From: an uncultured Candidatus Saccharibacteria bacterium
GTDB lineage: Bacteria > Patescibacteriota > Minisyncoccia > Phycocordibacterales > CAIZLB01
Length of the DNA stretch: 64,000 nt
NCBI GenBank assembly: GCA_964620475.1
Contig: CAZUJN010000001.1
Coordinates: 4,651-68,650, forward strand
Direction of reading: 5' to 3'
Both the position numbers and the translations under genes were made by a program. The stretch's first letter is position 1; each line of letters begins with the position of its first letter. This document shows positions 55,848-64,000 of this stretch, piece after piece. Under the pieces are notes generated by a model. It ran no database searches. It saw only the letters and a program-made list of their open reading frames with translations, and was not told the origin of the DNA.

Positions 55848-56465
55848 TTACATCTTTATTGGTTTTTCTGCATCTCCTGGATTAAATATTCTATAAAACA
55901 ATTCAACCAATTCCTCACTTCCTAGTCTTGCAACTTTAACACCACATCTTGCTAAACCTTGTTCAACCACAGATATTCTTTGTTCTAGCTGACTCTTTAT
56001 TTCTTCAAACTCATCATTTTTGTTTTTTGTTTCGTCTTTGTCTTTTTTTAGTATATTTGCAATTCCTTTTGTTGGACTTGATACAGGGTCATAAGGAATA
56101 ACCAAAAAGAAACTCTTTGTCATAATATTTGAACCTTCTGTTAAACCTTTAATGAACATTATGTATTCACTAATTTGTATTTTCATCAAATCACTGGTTT
56201 GAGCCTTTAGTCTCTCCTCCAATAATGCTATATAAGGTCTAATATCTAATTTTCTTGATTGTACATATATTTGTACTGAAAAATCCAGAGAGTTCAAGAA
56301 GTTTTGAAATTGATATATAACAGATTCTTGTTCCTCTGTTGATTTTAATGCAAAGTTTATTGACGTAGCCAATACAACCGCTCTCATAGAGCCATCTTTT
56401 AAGATCATAATACCTTCACGTATTTCATTTATAGGTACAAATTCTTGTGATGGGTTTATTGCCAT
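55848..56465 (-). CDS. Hypothetical protein (205 aa), possibly VirB4 N-terminal-domain-like, 10 bp upstream of VirB4
   Basis: EIREGIMILKDGSMRAVVLATSINFAL resembles the VirB4 N-terminal consensus (..tkdGsl.a..ev.gi.f..); weak. Confidence 0.3.
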   Translation of the reverse strand: MAINPSQEFVPINEIREGIMILKDGSMRAVVLATSINFALKSTEEQESVIYQFQNFLNSLDFSVQIYVQSRKLDIRPYIALLEERLKAQTSDLMKIQISEYIMFIKGLTEGSNIMTKSFFLVIPYDPVSSPTKGIANILKKDKDETKNKNDEFEEIKSQLEQRISVVEQGLARCGVKVARLGSEELVELFYRIFNPGDAEKPIKM

Positions 56466-56537
56466 GGGCGACTAGAGAGAATCGAACTCTCGATACAGGA
56501 TCCACAAACCTGAGTTTTGCCACTAAACTATAGTCGC
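56466..56537 (-). tRNA. tRNA-His (anticodon GUG) with genomically encoded G-1 opposite C73; CCA not encoded
   Basis: Reverse complement G-GCGACTA-TA-GTTT-AGTGGCA-AAAC-T-CAGGT-TTGTGGA-TCCTG-TATC-GAGAG-TTCGATT-CTCTC-TAGTCGC-C; one U-U mismatch at 31:39. Confidence 0.8.
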
Positions 56538-56578
56538 CATGCTTGTATTTATATCATATATACAAGCTTTTTTCAATT

Positions 56579-57001
56579 TTACTCTTTATTGGTTGGGTAG
56601 ACATTTTTGTTAACATCCAAACTCCAAGCCAAATCTTTTAACTTACTTTGTGATAGTGAAGGTGCAATTATTGAATCAATACTCTTTGTTTCAATTTCTT
56701 TCTTCTCTGCTGTGACTGGTTTATCTATTTTTTTCCATATATATAATTTTGATTTTGTTACATAAGCAAACCCTGCTGCCAAAATATCAACAAAATCTTT
56801 ATTATTTATTTTTACAAAAGCCAATGAACCTGCTAAGATCCACAAAACTATCATTAATATTATTCCAGGAAAGAAGCCTAATATTTTGTATATTATATAA
56901 GTACCACCTAATCCACCTAATATATAGATAAATTGCTTAAAACTAAATGGTCCTATTATTTTACTATCGAATTCTATAAATTGTGGTACTTGATATCTCA
57001 T
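56579..57001 (-). CDS. PrgI/VirB3-like small membrane protein of Gram-positive-type T4SS
   Basis: MRYQVPQFIEFDSKIIGPFSFKQFIYIL N-terminus resembles the PrgI family; two TM helices; 140 aa. Confidence 0.45.
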   Translation of the reverse strand: MRYQVPQFIEFDSKIIGPFSFKQFIYILGGLGGTYIIYKILGFFPGIILMIVLWILAGSLAFVKINNKDFVDILAAGFAYVTKSKLYIWKKIDKPVTAEKKEIETKSIDSIIAPSLSQSKLKDLAWSLDVNKNVYPTNKE

Positions 57002-57002
57002 A

Positions 57003-57755
57003 TTATTCTATTGGTTCTCTATATATATCGTTTAGGTTTATATTAATTGGTTTTTTAATTTCTGACTGTGTTTTGGTTTCGGATTCCTTAACAATTTTTT
57101 CTTCATGAAATGGTGTCTCTAGCTCTTTGTTTTGTAGTTGATGGTCTGGTTCTATTGGTTTTATTTCTGGTTGTGGGGCTGTAAATTTAATCTCGGTCTC
57201 CACTCTAGGTTTTACTGGTTCTGGTGATTCTATGGCTTTTAATATATCATCTTTTTCTTGATCTATATTTTCAGGTATTTCTTTTATCTCTTCTTTTACA
57301 GGTTCTTTTGCTAATTCCTCTTCTACTTCTTGGTTTATTTTTTCAGCTTCTTTGTAGAATTGTGCATAGGTCTCTGCTTCCTCTTTTTGTTCTATTTCTT
57401 CTTCAGACATAAGCGCTTTTTCAAACTCTTCCTCCTCTTCTTCACTTTTTTCCATCGATTCTAGTCGTTCTCTTATTTTTTTTAATATTTGCATATCAAC
57501 ATCTAGCAATATATCAGCGGCTGTTTCAGAGTTTACGTGTCCGTTGTTGAACATGTTTGAGATAAAATCAGGGGCATCTATATCACCAAACATAAGTTTA
57601 ATAACTGAATCCTCTAAGACTTGTGTCTGGTCTATGTGCAATTTATATTTGTTTTGTATATTAATTAATGATTCCTCCCAATCGGACATCATTACTGCAT
57701 ATTGTAAGTTTTCGGGTAGAGTTTTTAATTTTTCTTCGTAATATGTTTGATTCAT
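57003..57755 (-). CDS. Acidic Glu-rich hypothetical protein
   Basis: 250 aa, E/K-rich coiled-coil-like. Confidence 0.35.
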   Translation of the reverse strand: MNQTYYEEKLKTLPENLQYAVMMSDWEESLINIQNKYKLHIDQTQVLEDSVIKLMFGDIDAPDFISNMFNNGHVNSETAADILLDVDMQILKKIRERLESMEKSEEEEEEFEKALMSEEEIEQKEEAETYAQFYKEAEKINQEVEEELAKEPVKEEIKEIPENIDQEKDDILKAIESPEPVKPRVETEIKFTAPQPEIKPIEPDHQLQNKELETPFHEEKIVKESETKTQSEIKKPININLNDIYREPIE

Positions 57756-57775
57756 TTTTTTTGTTTTTTTACTTT

Positions 57776-60748
57776 CTACTTATTTTCTTTTTTTGCATCT
57801 TCTATTTTTTGTAGATGTTCGCTTAATTTCATCTTTTTTTCTATTAACTCTTCTTCATGTTTGTTTAATTTCTCTATGTACTTATTTTTTGATTCTTCAA
57901 GATTATCTTCTAGTTTTTTGATTGCTTCAGGACTGATATTACCTCTTTTTTTGGCTGATTTTAGGTATATTATGTTTTTATTTATTTCTTTTATTTCATC
58001 TGTATTGTCACCGTCTCCAACATATTTACTGTCTTGTGATATACATTCTTTTATTTTGTCTTCTGTAGGCAGTTTACTTAATTTAGATTCTATTGTCTTT
58101 ATATCTTTTTCATATTTTTTCGTCCTATCCTCGTTTCTTTGTGTTGAAGCTGTGGTGCTCTTACTGTTTTTTATTTTAGATGATATTGCTGTGATTCTTG
58201 CTTTTGCTTTTTCATTCTTTCTTCTAAATGTTTCTAATGCCCTCTTTTGATCATTGGTTATATCAGCACCATTTTGTGCCCCTTCGCCATCTGTGTGATA
58301 TTTAACAACGTTTTCTAATTCGGTGTGCATTGCATGCTCGTTTAATCTTACTGTTATTTTCTTGTTACCTTGATCGTCTGTTGTTTCTGATTTTATAACA
58401 GCTGCTCTTCTTATATTATCTAGATGTGATAATGCATTACCTTTATCATCTTTTTTGCCTGAGTTTATTTGTACGACACCTTTGCCAAGTAATGCTGATG
58501 ATCTATCTTCTATTAATTTATTTAGATAGTTTTCATAATCATCTGTGGTTTTGTTTTTATTTTTCTTCATCCATTCATCTTGTGACATAGCTTTGTATTT
58601 TGCGTCTATTGCATCATATACAGCATCACGTGTTTCTTTAACACCTTTATCTCTTCTTTCGTCTGCTTGTTTTCTTGTCTCGCCAGCAGAGTTTTTAGGA
58701 TCTTTGAGTTGTGTTGCCATTTTTGCAGCTCTCTCCCCTAATATATTATTTGGATTGTTTGCTGCTATAGATCGGGCAAGATCTCTCATACCTTCTTTAA
58801 CAGTTATGCTTGGATTATAAAAACCTTCACTAAATGTTTTACCTCTCAGTTTACTTAATCCACCTGTTGCTGTTCCTGCTGTCAACTTGGCCGCACCTAT
58901 ACCAACACCGGCCGCTGCTGATGATGATTTCTCCCAAGTTTTTTTGGCTAAGCCTTTTGTGGCTGCATCTTGCCAGCTGCCAAATTTATTTGCAACACTT
59001 TGGCTCCATTTGCCCCCAATGGTCTCACCTGTTCCTGCTGCGTGTTTAACACCATAACTTATAGCTCTCATCATAAATATAATGACTATGACAAATACAG
59101 CAAATACTGATATGGTCTCAGTAGACATACCGCTCGTACCAGCTGCCGGCGGCTGACATATTATCTGTAAGAAGCTTGTTCCGTTTGCTCCTGATCCTAA
59201 TTTTTCAAATATTATAATAGCTACCAACATCCAAAAAAGATATGCTATTGGAAATGTTAATACATGCTTCATTTCTGCCCACCAACTGTCTTTGAACTTA
59301 GAAACATGCGGGTTGTTTGGTAACACATAACCCCAAACCCATAAAGGTGATTTTATAAACAATACTATTATGTTTACTAATCTGACCAAAAACAATACCG
59401 CTGCCAAACCTAAAGCCAAACACAATATAACTAAGAATATTGAACCCAGAACAGATATTGTTATCAATGCCCCAGGATTATTTGCACAAGCGTTTGTACC
59501 AGCCAGACCGCTGTCGGCAAATATTTGGTTTATGTTATATAAAGCAGATAGACCAACAGTGTTCATTACTCTAGCTGATATAGAAGCTGTTGCATCCTGT
59601 GTGCTGCTTGCTTTCATTGTCTCGTATATTTTCAGGGATACTATGTTTGAACCATCAACCATAATCTTGGCCGCAAATAAACTGAAGTTTATTAATATGG
59701 CAACAACCACAACATTCATCAATACTTTTTTTGCATTGTATTGAGCTTCATTACCTATCAATATCTGTATAGCTGCCCACAACAATATAAATATAAAAGT
59801 TATATTTAATATATCCCTTAGAAATGTCCATGTAACCTCTATCACACCAAGTTTTTTGAAAAATTCTGCTGAGTTTATAGAGAGCTCTAATGAGTAGTCA
59901 AACAATACTCCGACTATATATGTGATAAAAGACATCAACTTGAATATGATGTTTGTGCCTTGTGCAACTAACCACATCATACAGTGTGGGGTGAACATAC
60001 TTAAGACAGTGCTGCATTGTGTTTGTGAAGCCTGCCAACCTTGTGTTTGATTGATCTGATTTTCTATTCCAGCCAGCTGACCTCCAGCCTGAACAACCGC
60101 CCTACCGGCCTCATCCGCTGCTTGTCTTGCTGTTCTTGCTGCTGTTATGGCCTGGTCTATTTGGGCCTGTGTTGCATTAGGATCGTTTTGTAATGTTGCA
60201 GCTTCCTGCTCTTTCTGTTTTGCTATTTCTGCTAATCTGTCGTACTCATTTTGTTTTTCTTGTTTTGCTAATTCTGCATTATATCTTTCGTTTTTTAGTT
60301 TAACTGTGGTGCCAGGCTCTAGTCCCTGAGCTTTATCAACTCGATCAAAAAACCCCTCAGCCTCTTTAGATTCTTTGTACATATTAGGATCTTCTGGAAC
60401 AAACATATAGTCTTTTGTTCCATCTTTTTCTTGCACCATTGTTCCTAATACAACAGCATCTCTATTTTTTGTGTTTTCAGGGGTCGGGTCATATATAAAG
60501 ATGTTGTTTTGACCTGTATTAATTCTATAAACATTGTTTGTGTTCCACTTAGCTTCTCTTACATTAAATTTTGAATTAGAAGCCTCCAGTCTTTCTTGTA
60601 ACATTGATAGTTGATAAGGTGCTAGTTCAGAAACTGTCCTATCACCAGAGTATAAGTTCTCTGCCTTTATGGATGTTACTGGTACCAAAAAAACACACAA
60701 GAAGATTATTCCTAAAAAAATATTTTTTATAGATTTATACATATGCAT
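57776..60748 (-). CDS. VirB6/TrbL-like polytopic membrane protein (990 aa): signal peptide, ~250-aa extracytoplasmic domain, 6+ TM helices, long charged/coiled-coil C-terminal tail
   Basis: Architecture matches TrbL/VirB6 and Gram-positive PrgH/TcpH; multiple long hydrophobic helices aa ~250-620. Confidence 0.5.
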   Translation of the reverse strand: MHMYKSIKNIFLGIIFLCVFLVPVTSIKAENLYSGDRTVSELAPYQLSMLQERLEASNSKFNVREAKWNTNNVYRINTGQNNIFIYDPTPENTKNRDAVVLGTMVQEKDGTKDYMFVPEDPNMYKESKEAEGFFDRVDKAQGLEPGTTVKLKNERYNAELAKQEKQNEYDRLAEIAKQKEQEAATLQNDPNATQAQIDQAITAARTARQAADEAGRAVVQAGGQLAGIENQINQTQGWQASQTQCSTVLSMFTPHCMMWLVAQGTNIIFKLMSFITYIVGVLFDYSLELSINSAEFFKKLGVIEVTWTFLRDILNITFIFILLWAAIQILIGNEAQYNAKKVLMNVVVVAILINFSLFAAKIMVDGSNIVSLKIYETMKASSTQDATASISARVMNTVGLSALYNINQIFADSGLAGTNACANNPGALITISVLGSIFLVILCLALGLAAVLFLVRLVNIIVLFIKSPLWVWGYVLPNNPHVSKFKDSWWAEMKHVLTFPIAYLFWMLVAIIIFEKLGSGANGTSFLQIICQPPAAGTSGMSTETISVFAVFVIVIIFMMRAISYGVKHAAGTGETIGGKWSQSVANKFGSWQDAATKGLAKKTWEKSSSAAAGVGIGAAKLTAGTATGGLSKLRGKTFSEGFYNPSITVKEGMRDLARSIAANNPNNILGERAAKMATQLKDPKNSAGETRKQADERRDKGVKETRDAVYDAIDAKYKAMSQDEWMKKNKNKTTDDYENYLNKLIEDRSSALLGKGVVQINSGKKDDKGNALSHLDNIRRAAVIKSETTDDQGNKKITVRLNEHAMHTELENVVKYHTDGEGAQNGADITNDQKRALETFRRKNEKAKARITAISSKIKNSKSTTASTQRNEDRTKKYEKDIKTIESKLSKLPTEDKIKECISQDSKYVGDGDNTDEIKEINKNIIYLKSAKKRGNISPEAIKKLEDNLEESKNKYIEKLNKHEEELIEKKMKLSEHLQKIEDAKKENK

Positions 60749-60787
60749 ACTTACATATAGTATACTATATTAATTTAATAAATTAAA

Positions 60788-62053
60788 TTAATACCCTGTT
60801 TGATTTTGTTGCAACACTCTTCCTAATGCTTGATTTATAAATTGATTAACCAAAGCTGTTACAACTTGATCGAATTTGTCTGCGAAAGCTAATCTTTGTT
60901 TTGGTAAATTAAGTGTTGATTCAAGTTGTCCTTGTATAACTCTTCCTGGTGTTATTGTCTGACAATCTTTTTTATTTGTCTTTGGATTATTTGTACAGGT
61001 TGTGTAATTTAAGAATCCACTGTTCCAATTTAAATCTCTCATTTGACTATTTTGACTAGCGACTATAGCCCCTGTTAATCCACTTGTAGTTCTAAACAAT
61101 GTGTCATACGGATTACCTTGTTGTGTTTGTGTGATATTATACCAAGAATTCCAGCCACCACCTTGTATAAAGTTTCCTTGCATAAAACTATTTAGTTGTC
61201 CTGGGTTTTGATCAAAAGTACAACCAAGGAATCCGTTGCTTAAACCCCTGTTTACGTATCCACCTGTTTGATATCCATATCCATAAGGCTGATTTGCTCC
61301 GTATTGAGCCAATGTTGCCCTAACCATAGCTTCCCTGTATACATCACATACATTTGTCCCACCTGATAAACCATAAGCCAGATTCTGTATAAAAGATGCC
61401 GCTTCTTCATCAGCCAACTGTTTGAAGAACATGTCAGGATTATTTAGAAAGGCCGGGTTTCCGTCAAAACCTGTGTTAATCCATAATATTGTTGAATCAG
61501 CTATGTAACCAATCATTGAATTTACTATACAATATGCTACAGAATCCCAACTGGGTAATGATAAGACACCGCCAAGACCTACTGTACCAACAGATGCACT
61601 TGTCTGGGCTTTTATATTTTCTCCAACAACACCTTGTTCGGATGTTGGAACTAGCGTTAATGATCCGGCAATATTTTGTGTTGCTTTACCTAAAGCTTTA
61701 GATACACTACCTGTTATAAGGTTTGATAAGACTTGTCCGGCACCGCAACCACCCACTTGTGCAGCTATTGATCCTGCTGCGCCAGTACCTGTTGAGGTTG
61801 CTGTTGATGTTGCGTTCGCAACTATCCCACTTATTTGATTTTGTACATATGCTGAGTTTAGAAAAGGGTTACCAGATGTTTGATAAGGATTATATGTGTT
61901 ATAAGCATTTTGGTTATATACTCCTGTATTGAATCCATTAACTGTGTTTAGGAGTTGTTGATTTTGTATTGTTGTGGTTGGATAATCAATAGCAAAAACC
62001 GACAAAGGTCCAAAAATAATAGTTAGAATTAAGAATATGTTTATTGTTTTCAT
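60788..62053 (-). CDS. Secreted Gly/Asn/Gln/Thr-rich hypothetical protein (T4SS-like locus)
   Basis: 421 aa; signal peptide INIFLILTIIFGPLSVFA. Confidence 0.4.
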   Translation of the reverse strand: MKTINIFLILTIIFGPLSVFAIDYPTTTIQNQQLLNTVNGFNTGVYNQNAYNTYNPYQTSGNPFLNSAYVQNQISGIVANATSTATSTGTGAAGSIAAQVGGCGAGQVLSNLITGSVSKALGKATQNIAGSLTLVPTSEQGVVGENIKAQTSASVGTVGLGGVLSLPSWDSVAYCIVNSMIGYIADSTILWINTGFDGNPAFLNNPDMFFKQLADEEAASFIQNLAYGLSGGTNVCDVYREAMVRATLAQYGANQPYGYGYQTGGYVNRGLSNGFLGCTFDQNPGQLNSFMQGNFIQGGGWNSWYNITQTQQGNPYDTLFRTTSGLTGAIVASQNSQMRDLNWNSGFLNYTTCTNNPKTNKKDCQTITPGRVIQGQLESTLNLPKQRLAFADKFDQVVTALVNQFINQALGRVLQQNQTGY

Positions 62054-62057
62054 TTTT

Positions 62058-62891
62058 TTATTCTATTTTTATGGTTTCATTATTTATGTTATTGTTAGTC
62101 CAAATCATCCCAGGATCATCTGCTGTGTAACTTACTTTATTAAGTATAATTGTTTTTCGGATTTTTTCAAAACCGTTTGTTAATTCAGTGGTAGCTGTTT
62201 GTAAACTGTTTATTCCTAAGAGAGCTCTTGCTGGGTCAGAGTTTTGATACTCTAATAGAGACATGCCTTCTGAATATTTTATATATCCGTTCACAATCAA
62301 TAAATGATTTTCAGCCAATATGTCTGGCACGACAACAGTTTTTAAGACATCTGCCGCGCCCCTATATGCCGCAGCCACATAAGGTGTTTTATCTTTTTTT
62401 GTGTTGATATTTGATATGACCTTAGTTAAGGCATCTTGAACTATAGCCAGGTTTGTACCATATATTTTTAAATTTTCTACACTAGATGATGTTGTTTTTA
62501 TCTGATTTATTGTTATTGTGTTGGCCGATTGAATCTTATTTTTCAATAAATCATTAGTCATTTTCGCTATCTCGTCGGTTTTTATCTCGCCAGAGGTATT
62601 GTATTTTATGTATTGTGTAAAAACATCCTTAGATAGACTATCAGTCAGATTATCGCTACTGTTTTTTTGAAAAGATTTTGAAAATTTTTGAAAGTTTTTG
62701 ATGTTTTCTTCTGTCACTGTTGCTAATATGTTTTCTTGATATCTATCTGCTTTAGTTACAATCTTTCCGTTTTCATCAACAACTATGTTGTCGGAGAATT
62801 TGTCTATTAATTTATCTTTTTGGGTAATCGAAAAAACTATTATAAGAAGAAAAACGCAAACCGCTGCTATGTTTAAAGTATGCTTATTCAT
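62058..62891 (-). CDS. Membrane-anchored/secreted hypothetical protein (first gene of T4SS-like locus)
   Basis: 277 aa; N-terminal hydrophobic LNIAAVCVFLLIIVFSI. Confidence 0.4.
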   Translation of the reverse strand: MNKHTLNIAAVCVFLLIIVFSITQKDKLIDKFSDNIVVDENGKIVTKADRYQENILATVTEENIKNFQKFSKSFQKNSSDNLTDSLSKDVFTQYIKYNTSGEIKTDEIAKMTNDLLKNKIQSANTITINQIKTTSSSVENLKIYGTNLAIVQDALTKVISNINTKKDKTPYVAAAYRGAADVLKTVVVPDILAENHLLIVNGYIKYSEGMSLLEYQNSDPARALLGINSLQTATTELTNGFEKIRKTIILNKVSYTADDPGMIWTNNNINNETIKIE

Positions 62892-63669
62892 TAATGTTAT
62901 TATATAACAATTCTGTTATATAAATCCAATCAACAGGTTTTAACTCTTCTGGTCTTCTGTTTTTATATTTTTCATCTTTTATTTTTAGTGTAGATCCGAG
63001 CTGCTTTCTTTTACTATTGAACGCTTTTTTTGCTATGTCCCAATATTTTTTCTCAAAATCTGTGTTTTTGTTTAAGAATAGATTTCTATTTATATTTTTT
63101 ATTATCATAACCACCGAATCTACATTTGGTACAGGGGTAAAGTTGCCACGAGATACTTTTAAAAAATTATATGATTCGCCATATGTGTTTATCCCGAGAG
63201 AAAACAGGCTCTTTTTGCTATCTTTTGCTCTGTCACCTATTTCTTTCTGTACCATCAGTATCATGGATTTTGGTTGATTTTTTGATTCCAGGAACTGTCT
63301 TATGATATATCCTGTAAGATAATAAGGTATGTTTGCAATTATTATATAATCTTTTATGTCTTTTTCTGTGTCTATATTAAACCCTCTTATATCTCTATGT
63401 ATTATTTTTAGGTTTTTGTGGTCTTTTTTAGGAAATCTGTCTTCTAGTATTGGTATTGCCCTGTCATCGGCCTCTATGCATATAACCTTATTTTCTTTAC
63501 ACTTCTCTAGTATCTCTGCGGTTAATTCACCTGTTCCTGGTCCTATTTCTAATATTTGTGTATTTTTATCTATATATTGCAAAGATTCTTTAACTATTTT
63601 TTGTATAATCGTTTTGTTACTCAGAAAATTTTGGCCCAGTGATTTTTTTGCTTGCAATATATGTTTCAT
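62884..63669 (-). CDS. rsmA: 16S rRNA (adenine1518/1519-N6)-dimethyltransferase RsmA/KsgA
   Basis: LGQNFL motif, SAM-binding EIGPGTGELT, NIPY motif. Confidence 0.9.
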   Translation of the reverse strand: MKHILQAKKSLGQNFLSNKTIIQKIVKESLQYIDKNTQILEIGPGTGELTAEILEKCKENKVICIEADDRAIPILEDRFPKKDHKNLKIIHRDIRGFNIDTEKDIKDYIIIANIPYYLTGYIIRQFLESKNQPKSMILMVQKEIGDRAKDSKKSLFSLGINTYGESYNFLKVSRGNFTPVPNVDSVVMIIKNINRNLFLNKNTDFEKKYWDIAKKAFNSKRKQLGSTLKIKDEKYKNRRPEELKPVDWIYITELLYNNINE

Positions 63670-63679
63670 TGATATTGTT

Positions 63680-64000
63680 TTACCAATCTATCTCTGATAA
63701 ATCAAGTAAATCCCTTTTTCCATTATTATTATGCTGAGGTTTATTTGAATAAAAGCTTGTATTGTCTGTATAGTCCAATAACTCGTCACCGATATCTTTT
63801 ATAAAACCTGATATAGTCCTGATCTGTCGGGCCCCAAATATTGTTCTCATCACCGCGTTTGATAAATGTAATTTTCTTTTTGCTCTTGTTATGGCAACAT
63901 AAAACAGTCTCCTCTCCTCCTCTTCGTCGGTGTCTGTGTTATTTTCTCCGGCTCTTTCGTATGGAAATAGACTCTCCTCCATTCCCACTATGAATATATA
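63680..64000 (-). CDS. Partial CDS: C-terminal end of a UvrD/PcrA/Rep-family helicase (continues beyond window end)
   Basis: Motif VI region RRLFYVAITRAKRKLHLS. Confidence 0.6.
   Translation of the reverse strand, partial: YIFIVGMEESLFPYERAGENNTDTDEEEERRLFYVAITRAKRKLHLSNAVMRTIFGARQIRTISGFIKDIGDELLDYTDNTSFYSNKPQHNNNGKRDLLDLSEIDW

Noticed and set aside
1-64000. Search for CRISPR arrays, transposases/IS elements, integrases, toxin-antitoxin pairs
   Set aside because: No regularly spaced direct repeats with unique spacers were seen, and no ORF had DDE transposase, tyrosine/serine recombinase or typical TA motifs; the only mobility hint is the tRNA-Ser att-like repeat.

Overview
This is a very AT-rich window (roughly 28-30% GC by eye), read in the standard genetic code, with many short or minimal versions of housekeeping proteins. 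By inference it comes from a reduced, possibly episymbiotic bacterium of the CPR/Patescibacteria type; this placement is not computed. The chromosome backbone includes rplL and rplJ, rplS, truB, an RluA-family pseudouridine synthase, and a class II ribonucleotide reductase (NPCGEI motif). It also includes tatA and tatC, malic enzyme, an AlkD-like repair protein, recG, ftsH, tsaE, ruvB and ruvC, a class A PBP, rsmA, and the end of a UvrD-like helicase. The classical origin arrangement rpmH-rnpA-yidC | dnaA-dnaN is present, with clusters of TGTGGATAA DnaA boxes on both sides of dnaA. RNA genes not in the ORF track are tRNA-Ser(GCU), tRNA-Ser(CGA), tRNA-Ile(UAU), tRNA-His(GUG) with an encoded G-1, and a roughly 387-nt tmRNA lying just downstream of smpB. 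The most interesting region is a minus-strand locus of about 14 kb (48.8-62.9 kb) that looks like a Gram-positive-type type IV secretion or DNA-translocation system, but no coupling protein or relaxase is visible in this window. It contains a VirB4-like ATPase, a VirB6/TrbL-like protein of 990 aa, a PrgI-like membrane protein, several secreted proteins, and a tRNA-His embedded in the cluster. Within it, a 700-bp N-terminal membrane-anchor module is duplicated in tandem and fused to two different peptidoglycan-hydrolase domains, CHAP and 3D/MltA-like. Other notable items are a 1336-aa protein ending in a pol-beta-type nucleotidyltransferase domain, and smpB read in frame through a signal peptide into a C39-like peptidase domain. 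There is also a cytochrome b5 gene next to a NOX/ferric-reductase-like gene. A prepilin-type pilin sits beside a secreted beta-helix/lipase protein, a distant PilB/GspE ATPase is separate, and one surface protein carries an LPATG sorting signal. Three islands of atypically high GC occur: a tail-fibre-like gene, a pair at 36.7-38.1 kb, and one gene by a tRNA-Ser that is followed by a 20-nt duplicate of its own 3' end, which looks like an att-site scar. No CRISPR array, transposase or integrase was seen.
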